Source: a virus
Strand: one strand, 5' to 3'
IMG/VR virus record: IMGVR_UViG_3300020203_000013
Span: 38,269-102,268 of that record
DNA length: 64,000 nucleotides
A program made the position numbers and the translations under genes. Every line of letters starts with the position of its first letter. The first letter of the stretch is position 1. The notes below the pieces were generated by a model that worked only from the letters and a program-made list of their open reading frames with translations, had not been told where the DNA came from and made no database searches. This document shows positions 29,020 through 38,777 of the stretch, piece by piece.

Positions 29020-29895
29020 TTAGAGGTTTAGTGCCCGAAATCTAACTAACTCTGTTAAGAATATACAGGCAGAAGAGTTTTCAGGGTAACCATCTAGTCT
29101 ATTGTAAATATAGTTATAAAAGGTAAGAAGCCTTTTAATTCCTAGCTCCTTAGCTAGCTTTAATCTCTTAGTCACGATGAAAGGTGGGGCGTTTATTACT
29201 ATCTTGGCTGATGAGTTTGCTGAGACTAGTGTAATTAAAAAAAATATACTTCTGAGTAGTAGGGATCTTAAAGCAAATAGGTTTGTTGATTCTTCTACCT
29301 TTAGGGCGTAGTCGTAAGCTAGGATTGAGTTATTCTCTAGAAGGTGGTCAATGAATACAAAAATATCGTCATCGGCGTTGAATCTACAGGGTACTTTGTA
29401 TATCTCTTCCCCCTCAACAAATTCCATAGCTTTGAAACACTTCTCTACTTCTGATCTTATAATAGACCTAGACTCCGAAGCATTAGTTAATAGAATCTTA
29501 TATAACCTTCTATCTTTTAGATTTAAACCACTATAAAAAGTATCCAAGGATTGCTTTCTATTATTTAAATACTTTAAAGGTTCAATGGCTTCAATACTAG
29601 TTAAGCCTTTTATTTTCTTATAGATATTAGTATTGGACCTCAAGGTTTTAAAGCACCAGATATATTTCAGAGGGCTTGTATCTAATACTTGAGTCAGTTC
29701 CTTAGAGTCGATGTCCTCTACATTAGTAAAGACTTTAATCTCTTTTCTATTGAATAGATTAGCGCAGTGTTCTATAGAAAAAGAGCTTTCTAAATCTTCT
29801 GAGTTTTTAAATACTAGCTTTTCTGATTTAAAATCCTCAGTTACTATTTGTCTTATGTTTTCAGACTCAGGGCAAATATAACATTTAAGTATCAT
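29020..29895 (-). CDS. DNA polymerase III delta (HolA)-like clamp loader subunit
   Basis: NLF, IRSEVEK, DIFVFIDHLL pattern; abuts dnaX. Confidence 0.6.
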   Translation of the reverse strand: MILKCYICPESENIRQIVTEDFKSEKLVFKNSEDLESSFSIEHCANLFNRKEIKVFTNVEDIDSKELTQVLDTSPLKYIWCFKTLRSNTNIYKKIKGLTSIEAIEPLKYLNNRKQSLDTFYSGLNLKDRRLYKILLTNASESRSIIRSEVEKCFKAMEFVEGEEIYKVPCRFNADDDIFVFIDHLLENNSILAYDYALKVEESTNLFALRSLLLRSIFFLITLVSANSSAKIVINAPPFIVTKRLKLAKELGIKRLLTFYNYIYNRLDGYPENSSACIFLTELVRFRALNL

Positions 29896-30942
29896 TTACT
29901 GGTGGGCTTCTATTGTTTTAATTATAAAGCGACTAAGTAGTGCATCTTTATTGGTTGTTCTTTTTACATTTGATTCTAGCTCTAAAAGCAAATCGTATAA
30001 CTTATCTAAAAGCTTGCCCGCTTTCTTTTTATCAAACGCAGTTCCAGCCTTATCTACATATGTAGTAAAATAACTAACATCAGATTTGGTAGACGTTTTT
30101 AAGTCTGGAAGGACTAGGCAAAGACGGCAGTCTGTGGTTAACTGCTGTAGATCACTAATTGATCTAGATATATCGGACTTATCTGTATTAAATATTTCTG
30201 ATATAGAAAACAACTGGTTATAATCTGCTACCAAATAGGATAATAGAAATTTAGTTAACTTCTTCGGGCTAACTAGTCCTAGTATAGACTCTATAGTAGC
30301 TTCAGCATCTGATGGATCTAAGTTTAATACTTCCTCTAGAGTTACTAGGGCGTTTCTTAGAGAGCCCGAACTCGAACCAACTATGAGGTTTAGAATGCTA
30401 TCAGGTACTAGTTTTTTCTCATCCTTTACTACCTGCTCTAATAATAGTTTAATCTTTTTAGTATTTATTTTCGCTAAACAGTGACACTCAGACCTGGACC
30501 TAATACTTAGAGGTATCTTTTCAAAATCCGTTGTTAGGAATATAAAAGTAACATGTGGTGGCGGTTCTTCTGTAACCTTTAGGAGAGACGAGAATGCCTG
30601 TCTTGTTAGCTCTTGCGCTTCATCAAATACATAAGTCTTGTGCTCTCCTACCATTGGAGTATTAGATACACTACTCACAATGCTTTGTATCCTTTCTTTC
30701 CCTCCATCTTCGGCAGAGTCTAGTTCTATTATACCGTGATCACTCTCATTTAAGTGTTTAGCGATAATTCTAGATATAGTGGTCTTGCCTGTCCCAGGGG
30801 GACCGTACAGTATTATTGACTTAGGTAATTGTTTTTTGTCTAAGTAACCTTGGATAACTTTAGTGACGTGTTCCTGTCCTATGACGTGTTTAAGGTCAGT
30901 TGGTCTAACCTTATTATAGAGGCTAATTTTTGATGTGGTCAT
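29896..30942 (-). CDS. dnaX: DNA polymerase III gamma/tau-like clamp loader ATPase
   Basis: LYNKVRP, VIGQEH, GPPGTGKTT, FDEAQ, LLKVTEEPP, IRSRS, GSLRNAL. Confidence 0.9.
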   Translation of the reverse strand: MTTSKISLYNKVRPTDLKHVIGQEHVTKVIQGYLDKKQLPKSIILYGPPGTGKTTISRIIAKHLNESDHGIIELDSAEDGGKERIQSIVSSVSNTPMVGEHKTYVFDEAQELTRQAFSSLLKVTEEPPPHVTFIFLTTDFEKIPLSIRSRSECHCLAKINTKKIKLLLEQVVKDEKKLVPDSILNLIVGSSSGSLRNALVTLEEVLNLDPSDAEATIESILGLVSPKKLTKFLLSYLVADYNQLFSISEIFNTDKSDISRSISDLQQLTTDCRLCLVLPDLKTSTKSDVSYFTTYVDKAGTAFDKKKAGKLLDKLYDLLLELESNVKRTTNKDALLSRFIIKTIEAHQ

Positions 30943-31416
30943 CTAGTTTAAATCGGTTAAATAATCTGGTAAAATATCCTCTGGGCTAAATCTCAATACA
31001 TATATTGGATGTCCCTGTGCTGTCACATTAGTATTATCACCCGATTTAGTGTTAATGTCAACGCATTTTAGTTTTAAATAAGTCTCGTCTGGATCAAAGA
31101 AGATATCTAACTTACGTTCTTTATCTGTACCAAAACTACCGTTATTTTTTAAACAAAGAGTATACAGATCTAACTTTTTCTTCTTGAATAACTCACTTAA
31201 GGTTTTGTAATCACTAGAGTAGCTTCCTATCCAGTTACTAATTTTGTCTTCTTTTATTAGGTACTGTGCCGTTGCTACCTCTAAGAATAAGGGGCCGACT
31301 ACTAAAATGAAGGGGATAAAGCTTTTAGCGTGGGCTTGCGATACTAGTTCTTCAATATCGTCTATCACCTGTTGGTGCAGATTTTTTGAGCCAAGATCTT
31401 TTATAGATATATTCAT
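30943..31416 (-). CDS. Hypothetical protein
   Basis: 157-aa ORF abutting dnaX. Confidence 0.55.
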   Translation of the reverse strand: MNISIKDLGSKNLHQQVIDDIEELVSQAHAKSFIPFILVVGPLFLEVATAQYLIKEDKISNWIGSYSSDYKTLSELFKKKKLDLYTLCLKNNGSFGTDKERKLDIFFDPDETYLKLKCVDINTKSGDNTNVTAQGHPIYVLRFSPEDILPDYLTDLN

Positions 31417-31422
31417 TCTTTA

Positions 31423-31665
31423 TTAATTATTTAATAAGTCTTTAATCCAGCCTTTCTCTAAAAAATTGTTATATGTTTTTGGAGAAAGCTGCCATATTTT
31501 TTTCATTTTATCTCTACAAAATATTCCGTTGCAATTTTCACACTTATACCATTTCTTAGTTCCATCATTAGTGTGGACAGATAAATAATACTCTTGATCG
31601 CCTATTTCTAGTACAGACATTGATTTTTCAACTTCTGGACAACAAAAAGGACAATCTAGTTTCAT
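31423..31665 (-). CDS. Zn-finger protein
   Basis: CPFC...CENC. Confidence 0.6.
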   Translation of the reverse strand: MKLDCPFCCPEVEKSMSVLEIGDQEYYLSVHTNDGTKKWYKCENCNGIFCRDKMKKIWQLSPKTYNNFLEKGWIKDLLNN

Positions 31666-31675
31666 AATTTATAAT

Positions 31676-31705
31676 AAAAATAGCCCCTGCAAGCAGGGGC
31701 TAAAA
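31676..31705 (-). terminator. Rho-independent terminator
   Basis: AAAAATAGCCCCTGC-AA-GCAGGGGCTAAAA. Confidence 0.8.
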
Positions 31706-31707
31706 CC

Positions 31708-31941
31708 CTAGTTAGCTAGAACCCATGATCCAGCTTTAGAAATTTTCAACTTGTTAACAGTCGTGTCGAATGCCAAGCATCCATCTTCTACGTGAGCCGC
31801 ATTTGGCAATGCTGCTGTAACGTAAAAAGGGACTAAGCCTGTAGCTTTCGAAGACTTGCCGCCTAAACCTTTAGCAAGCTTATTGATAAGCTTAACTGAT
31901 TGTTCTGGTCGGACTTGTTGTTTAACTTTATTTGATGACAT
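31708..31941 (-). CDS. Small fiber-motif protein in its own transcription unit
   Basis: LP...EDGCLAFDTTVNKLKISKAGSW fiber-type motif; GAGG SD, GTACTAT upstream, terminator downstream. Confidence 0.6.
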   Translation of the reverse strand: MSSNKVKQQVRPEQSVKLINKLAKGLGGKSSKATGLVPFYVTAALPNAAHVEDGCLAFDTTVNKLKISKAGSWVLAN

Positions 31942-32009
31942 GTCTGTACCTCTTAATGCTATATTTATAATTATAAATGGGCCGAGCCCTTATCTATAAG
32001 ATAGTACTT

Positions 32010-32255
32010 TTATTTGGTATTTTCCATATTTAGCCTTTTAGAAACCTCATGGTCTACAGAATCAGAAACGGTCTCTTTAAGCTTAAGTAGTTCCTGATCG
32101 GTTAGAGCTTTTAAAAAAAGGATATGTGTAGTAATTTTTAAAACAGTTCCAGCTGGAATTAGATTTCCTTCTGGGTCTTTTACGTAAGCTGTAGAATCGA
32201 ACCAGTCGAAGTCTGGTTCGATAAACTCTTTGATGGATTCTTTTTTGTTTATCAT
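32010..32255 (-). CDS. Hypothetical protein
   Basis: 81-aa ORF. Confidence 0.55.
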   Translation of the reverse strand: MINKKESIKEFIEPDFDWFDSTAYVKDPEGNLIPAGTVLKITTHILFLKALTDQELLKLKETVSDSVDHEVSKRLNMENTK

Positions 32256-32287
32256 TAGAATCTATATTCTAACAAGAATAAATCAAA

Positions 32288-32446
32288 CTAGCAACTTATT
32301 AGTTTGTATATAACAAAGCAGGCAAGCACTACGATAGTTATTTTTTTATTTTTCTTTGCTAATTCTATTAATTTGCAAGTTAAATTGGCTACTTCTTTTA
32401 AAGTGCAAAGCGAAAGTTCTTTTAATCTGTCTATAGGCAGTTTCAT
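32288..32446 (-). CDS. Small membrane protein (52 aa, below the ORF-track cutoff)
   Basis: Hand-translated MKLPIDRLKELSLCTLKEVANLTCKLIELAKKNKKITIVVLACFVIYKLISC; ATG 1 nt after upstream stop. Confidence 0.45.
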   Translation of the reverse strand: MKLPIDRLKELSLCTLKEVANLTCKLIELAKKNKKITIVVLACFVIYKLISC

Positions 32447-32447
32447 A

Positions 32448-32708
32448 TTAATTGTCCTTTACAGACTCTTTATTGATTAAAGAGCTTTTAGTGTTGGTAT
32501 CTATCATATCTATTGTATAAGCCACTGGAGATAAACCAGGAGACTGTCGTAGGTAAAAATCTAGATTTCTAATGATTTGCTTTTTGAGTAATTCTATAGA
32601 GTTTAAATCTAATTGAAGATCTGATGTAGATATATTAATAGCAATGGTTGCTTGGATTAATATCTCTTCATTGATTTGGTACTTCTTTCCAGACTTTTTC
32701 ATGTGCAT
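32448..32708 (-). CDS. Hypothetical protein
   Basis: 86 aa, AGGAG SD. Confidence 0.55.
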   Translation of the reverse strand: MHMKKSGKKYQINEEILIQATIAINISTSDLQLDLNSIELLKKQIIRNLDFYLRQSPGLSPVAYTIDMIDTNTKSSLINKESVKDN

Positions 32709-32758
32709 TCTCCTACCTATTAAATAATACAGTTACTTAAGGGTGAATGATTATTCAA

Positions 32759-32787
32759 TTGACTTATAGCCCAGAGTGATTTAAAGT
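32759..32787 (+). promoter_or_regulatory. Putative sigma70-type promoter for plus-strand block
   Basis: TTGACT-17 nt-TAAAGT in a divergent intergenic region. Confidence 0.45.
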
Positions 32788-32835
32788 AGTAAAATCGGGT
32801 CTATAAGGGGCCTCGTCTTCACATGGATTATAGTT

Positions 32836-33519
32836 ATGTTAAAATTAAACCTTCCTGGGCCCGTAATTGTATTCGACACTGAGACGGGTGGATTAAACCC
32901 AGATATTGAGGTATCTTGGTCTGTTGACCCAAAAAAGTACGTCTTAGGGGAGTCCATTCAAGGTAACTTAACTAAACTTGCTTCTCCTATTTTAGAGATT
33001 GGAGCTGTTGTTTTGAATCCTTTGAACTTAAAAGAGGAGGAGGAGTTTCATAGGATCTGTGGAAAAAGTGAAGAAGAAACTTTTAAAGATTTTATGTCTC
33101 GATGCTCTGATAAGGCATTAGAGGTTAATGGGTTCGCTAACCGACTGGAAGATTTAGAGAAAGCTCTGCCTTTAAAGAAAGCTTTGGAAGATTTTGTTAA
33201 GTGGATAAGAAAAGCTGAAGACAGGTTTGGCGGTAGAGCCATTGCTTCAGGTCAAAATGTAAGGTTCGACATAGAGATGGTTAACTTTGCATGTAAAAGG
33301 CTTGGGGTAGATTATCAACTGCAAAGTCATCCATTAGAGTTAACTAGTTATTCTCAACTATATTTTGCTTTGCCTAATACTCCTACTGTAGCTAACTATA
33401 AACTCACAACTGTGGCTTCGGCTTTAAATTTAAGCACTGAGAATGCCCATTCAGCTTTAGCTGACGTAAGAATGACCGCTGAGTGTATTAGACGAATGTT
33501 TAGAAAATTCTGCCCTTAG
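32836..33519 (+). CDS. DEDDh 3'-5' exonuclease (DnaQ/RNase T-like)
   Basis: VFDTETGG, GQNVRFD, AHSALADV. Confidence 0.85.
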   Translation: MLKLNLPGPVIVFDTETGGLNPDIEVSWSVDPKKYVLGESIQGNLTKLASPILEIGAVVLNPLNLKEEEEFHRICGKSEEETFKDFMSRCSDKALEVNGFANRLEDLEKALPLKKALEDFVKWIRKAEDRFGGRAIASGQNVRFDIEMVNFACKRLGVDYQLQSHPLELTSYSQLYFALPNTPTVANYKLTTVASALNLSTENAHSALADVRMTAECIRRMFRKFCP

Positions 33520-33602
33520 TGTAAATATATCTAAAGTATTATTTAAAAACAGCCGATACTATAAACTTGAGATTAACTTTTTATCAACTTTTTATTGAGA
33601 TT

Positions 33603-35186
33603 ATGAGTAAAACTAAACAAGACCTTACTAAGTATACTGGAGACAGTGTTGGATTAATCGGATTAAATCGGGAGTGGAAACTTTGCCACATTCCTTTCTT
33701 AATCGAGCACGATGTTTTTGGTGCTTTAGCTTTACAGGGCTCTTCTGGGACAGGTAAAACTACCATTGTTAAGAAGCTAGGTATACTAAATGAACTTGCT
33801 ACTGGAGAGGGGTGGGGTATTTACTCTGCCGATAAAGCTAGGTATGAAGATTTCGTAGGGTGTCCGATTCCTAATAAAGAGACGCACAAGATGGACATCT
33901 TTACGATGCCTAATTCTATTGCCACTAAGTCTGTAATTTTGATAGATGAAATTAATAGAGCTACATATGAGAACCAAGAAAAATGGTTATCTTTAATTGC
34001 AGGTAGAGAGATTGACGGTTTTAAGACTAAAATTAGATACGTATTTACTGCAATGAATCCTGTTATGGGAACTGATAATGACGTTTATGAGGGGGTGCAG
34101 CCTTTGGATAAAGCTCTCGGAGAGAGAATGATAGGCTTAATAGATATTCCCTCTCTAGGTAGTATGGAAGATTCTGAAAAAAGAAAAATGATTTTAAAAA
34201 GTGCCGTCAATCAAACTCGCTGGCACCCAACTGAGGAGTTAGTGCAGTTGCACATTGACTTCATCTCTAGAGCTAGAGAGCACTACGAGGAAGCTAAGTA
34301 TATGTTTTTAGAGCAAGTTGCTGAGTATGTAGATATTGTTCAATCTGATTTGAGGAAAGAAACTAAAAATACCCTTAAGATTGAGGCTAGACGTGCTCAA
34401 TTTATGTTGATGAACATTCTGGCTACTTATGCTCTTGAAGCGGCTTCAAAAGCTGGGACAAATGAGTCTAAAGTTCTTGAGTCGGCGGCTGAAGCTGCAT
34501 TGCTCTCTAGCTTTCCAAATACCCTATGGGAGCAGAACGTAAATAAGGCCCAACTGTCTGAGGCTCATAAGCGAGCCAAGGGGTGTTTAACTATTAGCCT
34601 TGAAGCATTGAAATCAGGTATTCATAATCAAACTGATTTACTTAAGGCCATATCTGAGGTTCTCTCAGCGGTAAGTGAAGGTAAACCTAAAGAAGTTGTA
34701 TCTAAGATGATTAACGTTAACTTACCTCTTAAAGAATCCAATGTATTTAATTACTTTTCTTATGTAGCATCAGTAGTTGATGGATTAACTGATAGTGGTA
34801 AACAGAAACAGACGCTAATGAAGGAGCAAGAGTTTTCTAGATTTGAGAAAATATATAATGAGATTATTGAATCTCCTGAGATGACTAAATATAAAGCACT
34901 CTCTAGTGAGTTGTCTACAATACATGAGCCTCTGAAGAAGGAACAGTTTATTGCAAAGAACTACCCTGATTTTGTTCTCAAGGATTTGGACTCCAGTGAA
35001 AGTGACCAAGTTTCCCAATTAAACTGCGTACTAGAGAACGGATATTTTAATGTTCCATTAGCAATGATTGAAATGAATAAGATTAAAATGGAATCTATAA
35101 ATGATCTTATGACTTTTGTTGATAGTATTTCAGAGGGAAGTGCTAAGTTTCATAGCATCAGAGAGTCATATGCCGCTACAAAGTAA
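33603..35186 (+). CDS. MoxR-like AAA+ ATPase
   Basis: GSSGTGKT, LIDEINRA, TAMNP, LDKALGER; start set at ATG 33603. Confidence 0.8.
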   Translation: MSKTKQDLTKYTGDSVGLIGLNREWKLCHIPFLIEHDVFGALALQGSSGTGKTTIVKKLGILNELATGEGWGIYSADKARYEDFVGCPIPNKETHKMDIFTMPNSIATKSVILIDEINRATYENQEKWLSLIAGREIDGFKTKIRYVFTAMNPVMGTDNDVYEGVQPLDKALGERMIGLIDIPSLGSMEDSEKRKMILKSAVNQTRWHPTEELVQLHIDFISRAREHYEEAKYMFLEQVAEYVDIVQSDLRKETKNTLKIEARRAQFMLMNILATYALEAASKAGTNESKVLESAAEAALLSSFPNTLWEQNVNKAQLSEAHKRAKGCLTISLEALKSGIHNQTDLLKAISEVLSAVSEGKPKEVVSKMINVNLPLKESNVFNYFSYVASVVDGLTDSGKQKQTLMKEQEFSRFEKIYNEIIESPEMTKYKALSSELSTIHEPLKKEQFIAKNYPDFVLKDLDSSESDQVSQLNCVLENGYFNVPLAMIEMNKIKMESINDLMTFVDSISEGSAKFHSIRESYAATK

Positions 35187-36744
35187 AAAGAAGCTAAAGT
35201 TTGATCTTCCAGAAAGTGCTGAAGATTTAACTCTCAAGATCCTAGACAACTATCCTAGGGAGAGGGATTCTGCCTCTCTAAAGAAAGTTCTAGGGGTAGG
35301 TCAGATTAAATATGCTGATCTAGTAGGGGGTCAAAAAGTAACTGCTGCGGTCGTAAACACAAAACCCTATACTTTACTTTTTGGGAAAGAGTTTATTGAA
35401 GAGAACTTAGAGGATATGGATGATTTAGTTTATCTTCTAAGTCATGAGTTAACCCACTTAGTTCTAGACCACTTTGCTGATGATATTCTAAAAGAATTTA
35501 AAGATAGAAAATTAGGACAACCTGCTATGCATATCATAGTAGATTGTCAGGTAAATGCTACTGTATATAACTCTTTAAAGGAAGAGAAGTACCTTAAGTT
35601 TATTAAAGACTACTACTATAAAGATATTGTTCCATATTGTTTTTTTAGACCTGATGGTGATCCTAAGTACGTATCTGAGGGTATAAATGAGGAGGCCAAG
35701 AAGAGACTAGGAAATACAGATGACCCTAGATCGAATATCAGTCACGAAGATTTAATATTAAAAGAGCTTGATCCTGAGTTGAGAAAAAGCTTTACTGATG
35801 CTCACGCAAAGCTATACTCTGAAGGTGGAATTTCCAATAAAGAGTTAATAGATGTGTTGATGCCTTGGTTTGAGCAAGAACAACAAAAGCAGGATGCCTT
35901 TCAAGAGATACTAGAAAAGTTGCTTGGTAATCACAGTGATCTAGGTAAAGGTAAGAGTTGTGGATCTCCTGGTCTGTCCGATTTAACTGAGACTGTGGCC
36001 AACAACTACCTTAACAGGGATAAAAAAGAAGAGGCGGGGAATGGGGAGGAAGGCGGAGGAAGCTCTGAAAAAGACGGGGGACGTAAAGCTGGAGAGGGGG
36101 GCCCAAAGAGGGACCAGATGGTTGAGATTGTTATTGAGTCTGCTGAACATGCTAGGCACGTCAGGAAGCAGATCAAGGACGTGAGAACCATTAGTCCTAG
36201 TGCCAGAATTTATAGAGCTATAGATCAGTATAGCCCTAAAACAGCTACTAGAAGCGTAGTGCCTAATTTTTATGATAGAAGGACTTCTGCAATCTATTCA
36301 ACTACAGGGGAAGTTCCCGTCTTTCATAAAATAACAAACTTAGGATCTAAAGTTCTAGTCCCTTGTTATTTGGACGTTTCTGGGTCTCAGGGTCATGTTA
36401 TCCCACACACTATACCCGTGGTAAGTAAGCTAAAAAAATTGATAGGTAATGTGGTTTTCTGTTTTTCTACTTATGTTAGCGATACCAACATCAACGTACT
36501 TAAAACTGGTAGCTATGACACCAGTGGTGGAACTGACTTTAATCCAGTACTAGAGCATATACTTAAAAATAGGTATAAACAGGCCGTAATACTAACAGAT
36601 GGAGAAGCTTATGCCGACCCAAAACTGTTAGATCGGATTAAAAAAATGAGGGTTAAGATTACTGTAGGTTGGACTTGTAGTAAACCCTCTCTTTTTCCAC
36701 TATCTGAGATAGCTGAAAAAACATTCTTTGTATTTGATAACTAA
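35170..36744 (+). CDS. Metallopeptidase-VWA protein (DUF2201-like), MoxR partner
   Basis: LSHELTHL (HExxH), DCQVN, acidic/Gly linker, MIDAS LDVSGS, GGTDF, ILTDG. Confidence 0.8.
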   Translation: MPLQSKKKLKFDLPESAEDLTLKILDNYPRERDSASLKKVLGVGQIKYADLVGGQKVTAAVVNTKPYTLLFGKEFIEENLEDMDDLVYLLSHELTHLVLDHFADDILKEFKDRKLGQPAMHIIVDCQVNATVYNSLKEEKYLKFIKDYYYKDIVPYCFFRPDGDPKYVSEGINEEAKKRLGNTDDPRSNISHEDLILKELDPELRKSFTDAHAKLYSEGGISNKELIDVLMPWFEQEQQKQDAFQEILEKLLGNHSDLGKGKSCGSPGLSDLTETVANNYLNRDKKEEAGNGEEGGGSSEKDGGRKAGEGGPKRDQMVEIVIESAEHARHVRKQIKDVRTISPSARIYRAIDQYSPKTATRSVVPNFYDRRTSAIYSTTGEVPVFHKITNLGSKVLVPCYLDVSGSQGHVIPHTIPVVSKLKKLIGNVVFCFSTYVSDTNINVLKTGSYDTSGGTDFNPVLEHILKNRYKQAVILTDGEAYADPKLLDRIKKMRVKITVGWTCSKPSLFPLSEIAEKTFFVFDN

Positions 36745-37388
36745 TGGACTCCAATAAAGACCTGCAAAATTTAAAGAGGGTATACAAGTCCTGCTTATTA
36801 AAGATTGAAGGTCTTTACTCAGATGCAACTGTTTTACCCTCTAAGGATAAAATAATTAGATGCATGGAGGGAGTAAAGTTAGAGGATATAAAGGTTGTTA
36901 TTATAGGTCAGGACCCCTTCCATGGTCAGGGCCAAGCTAACGGGTTAGCCTTTTCAGTTGATGAGGGTATTGAATTGCCACCACCTTTAAAGAACATATT
37001 CAAAGAAATTAAATCAGATTTAAACATAAGTAACTCTTCTGGTAACTTAATAAAGTGGAAAAATCAAGGAGTTCTTCTACTTAATAAGGTCTTAACCGTA
37101 GAGCTTGATAAGGCTGGGTCTCATAAAGAGGTGATTGGCTGGGAAAGCTTTACTGAGGAATTAGTTAGTATCATATCTAAGGTAGGCTCTAATGTGGTAT
37201 TTATGCTATGGGGCAATGATGCTAAAAGCCTTCAACCTTTAGTAGATGAGAAAAGGCATTTAGTTCTCACCGCTACCCACCCCTCTCCTTTATCGGCTAG
37301 TAAGGGGTTTTTTGGCTGCAAACACTTCTCTAAAGCTAATAAGTATTTAATTGAAAATAAAAGAAGTGCTATTGATTGGTCGGTGTGA
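36744..37388 (+). CDS. ung: Uracil-DNA glycosylase family 1
   Basis: GQDPFH, ANGLAFSV, GVLLLN, FMLWG, HPSPLS. Confidence 0.93.
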   Translation: MDSNKDLQNLKRVYKSCLLKIEGLYSDATVLPSKDKIIRCMEGVKLEDIKVVIIGQDPFHGQGQANGLAFSVDEGIELPPPLKNIFKEIKSDLNISNSSGNLIKWKNQGVLLLNKVLTVELDKAGSHKEVIGWESFTEELVSIISKVGSNVVFMLWGNDAKSLQPLVDEKRHLVLTATHPSPLSASKGFFGCKHFSKANKYLIENKRSAIDWSV

Positions 37389-37400
37389 TATAACTAGACT

Positions 37401-37904
37401 ATGCCTATTTACGAATATGAATGCAGTAGGTGTAGTTATTTTGAAGTAACTCAGTCCATAAAGGATGGAGTCCTACTAAAATGTATTAACCCTGAGTGTG
37501 ATGGATCAGTTAATAAATTAATATCTAGCGGTAATTTTATTCTAGAAGGATCGGGCTTTACTCAACGGATTGTAAAAATGCCAAAAAAGCAAAGCAGAAG
37601 TAATCAGAATAACTTAATTCTTGCAGAGCAACTTATAACTCTGTTGCTAGTTTTTCAAATAGTCGATGGTATCTTAACCTATGTGGGAGTGTCTGGAGGA
37701 TTTTCCGATGAAGAAAATCCACTAGTTAGGTCCGTTGTTGACTTAGTAGGGCTGGGATTAGGGTTGTTTTTAGTTAAGTCTTGTGCTATAATGGTGCTGT
37801 TGAAGATTAGAAAATATGCTGTTAATTTTATTGGTTTTCTTTTCTGCGCTGCTCTGGCGTACACCTTTGCAGTTCTATCTTGGATTTATATAATTTTTTC
37901 TTAA
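37401..37904 (+). CDS. FmdB-type Zn ribbon fused to DUF5658-like membrane domain
   Basis: MPIYEYECSRC..C...C..LIS..FILEGSGF, then DGILTY.G....EENP..K membrane domain. Confidence 0.65.
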   Translation: MPIYEYECSRCSYFEVTQSIKDGVLLKCINPECDGSVNKLISSGNFILEGSGFTQRIVKMPKKQSRSNQNNLILAEQLITLLLVFQIVDGILTYVGVSGGFSDEENPLVRSVVDLVGLGLGLFLVKSCAIMVLLKIRKYAVNFIGFLFCAALAYTFAVLSWIYIIFS

Positions 37905-37913
37905 AGGAACAAT

Positions 37914-38492
37914 ATGAAAGATTTTTTTAGTAAACTGTTTAATCAAGTTAAAGAGGCGATTAGAAGGTTCTTGGATACTAATGCTAGTAGTCCTAGTCCC
38001 ACTCCAGTTGTTACTCCTATACAGCTACCTATCCCGACTCCTACCCCAACGCTTTCACCCGTACCGCCAGTATTAACTCCAAGTGAGGAAGAGGAGCCTG
38101 CTGTAAGTGATCCTTATGGATTCATCACTTCTTTTCTATGGAAACCGGAATCTGATACTACTCCAAAGGGCATAGTAATTAGTGTAAGTTCTGATACTCT
38201 TAGGGCAGAAGATGTCAGAGTCACTCTGAAAGACTCTTTTGGTAAGATTATTAAAGCCAATGATAAGTATAATATGGGTGGACTATTACGGGGCAATAAA
38301 CTTCCAGGTCATAAGTATGGAAGATTTAACTTTAAACCTGGTGGAAGTGCTGAATCCTACTCACCATCAAAACCTCTTACTGTCTCCTTTACTTTAGTGT
38401 TAAATGGTAAATCCACTCCTATTAAGGTAATGGATAAGTTTTCAATAGAAATTAAAGATCCCTCAAAAAGACTTGATTCAAGGTCAAGGTAA
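37914..38492 (+). CDS. Hypothetical protein with Pro/Thr linker and FLWKP domain
   Basis: AAAGGA SD; PSPTP repeats; FLWKPESD. Confidence 0.6.
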   Translation: MKDFFSKLFNQVKEAIRRFLDTNASSPSPTPVVTPIQLPIPTPTPTLSPVPPVLTPSEEEEPAVSDPYGFITSFLWKPESDTTPKGIVISVSSDTLRAEDVRVTLKDSFGKIIKANDKYNMGGLLRGNKLPGHKYGRFNFKPGGSAESYSPSKPLTVSFTLVLNGKSTPIKVMDKFSIEIKDPSKRLDSRSR

Positions 38493-38520
38493 AAAGAAAG
38501 GGAGCCTAGGCTCCCTTTTT
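38491..38520. terminator. Bidirectional terminator between convergent genes
   Basis: AAAAAGAAAGGGAGCC-TA-GGCTCCCTTTTT. Confidence 0.8.
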
Positions 38521-38543
38521 ATTATCTGTAATAAGCTTATTAA

Positions 38544-38777
38544 TTAACTAGGAAATTTAGTAGAGATACAAAAAGCTAAAGCTTCTCGTTTATCAGTTCC
38601 GCTACCATCAAAAGTTCTAGAACTATTTGAGGCTAAATGACATCTAACAACGTATTGATCATTAGCTAGTCGTTTAATAAAGTCTAAGTCAGTGGAACAG
38701 TCATAATTAGCTGCTGTATAATTTAACATAGCAGTGCATGACTTGAAGTTATTTAAAAGATACTGTTTACTAGGCAT
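38544..38777 (-). CDS. Small hypothetical protein
   Basis: 77 aa, GGAG SD, GTACTAT upstream, terminator downstream. Confidence 0.6.
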   Translation of the reverse strand: MPSKQYLLNNFKSCTAMLNYTAANYDCSTDLDFIKRLANDQYVVRCHLASNSSRTFDGSGTDKREALAFCISTKFPS

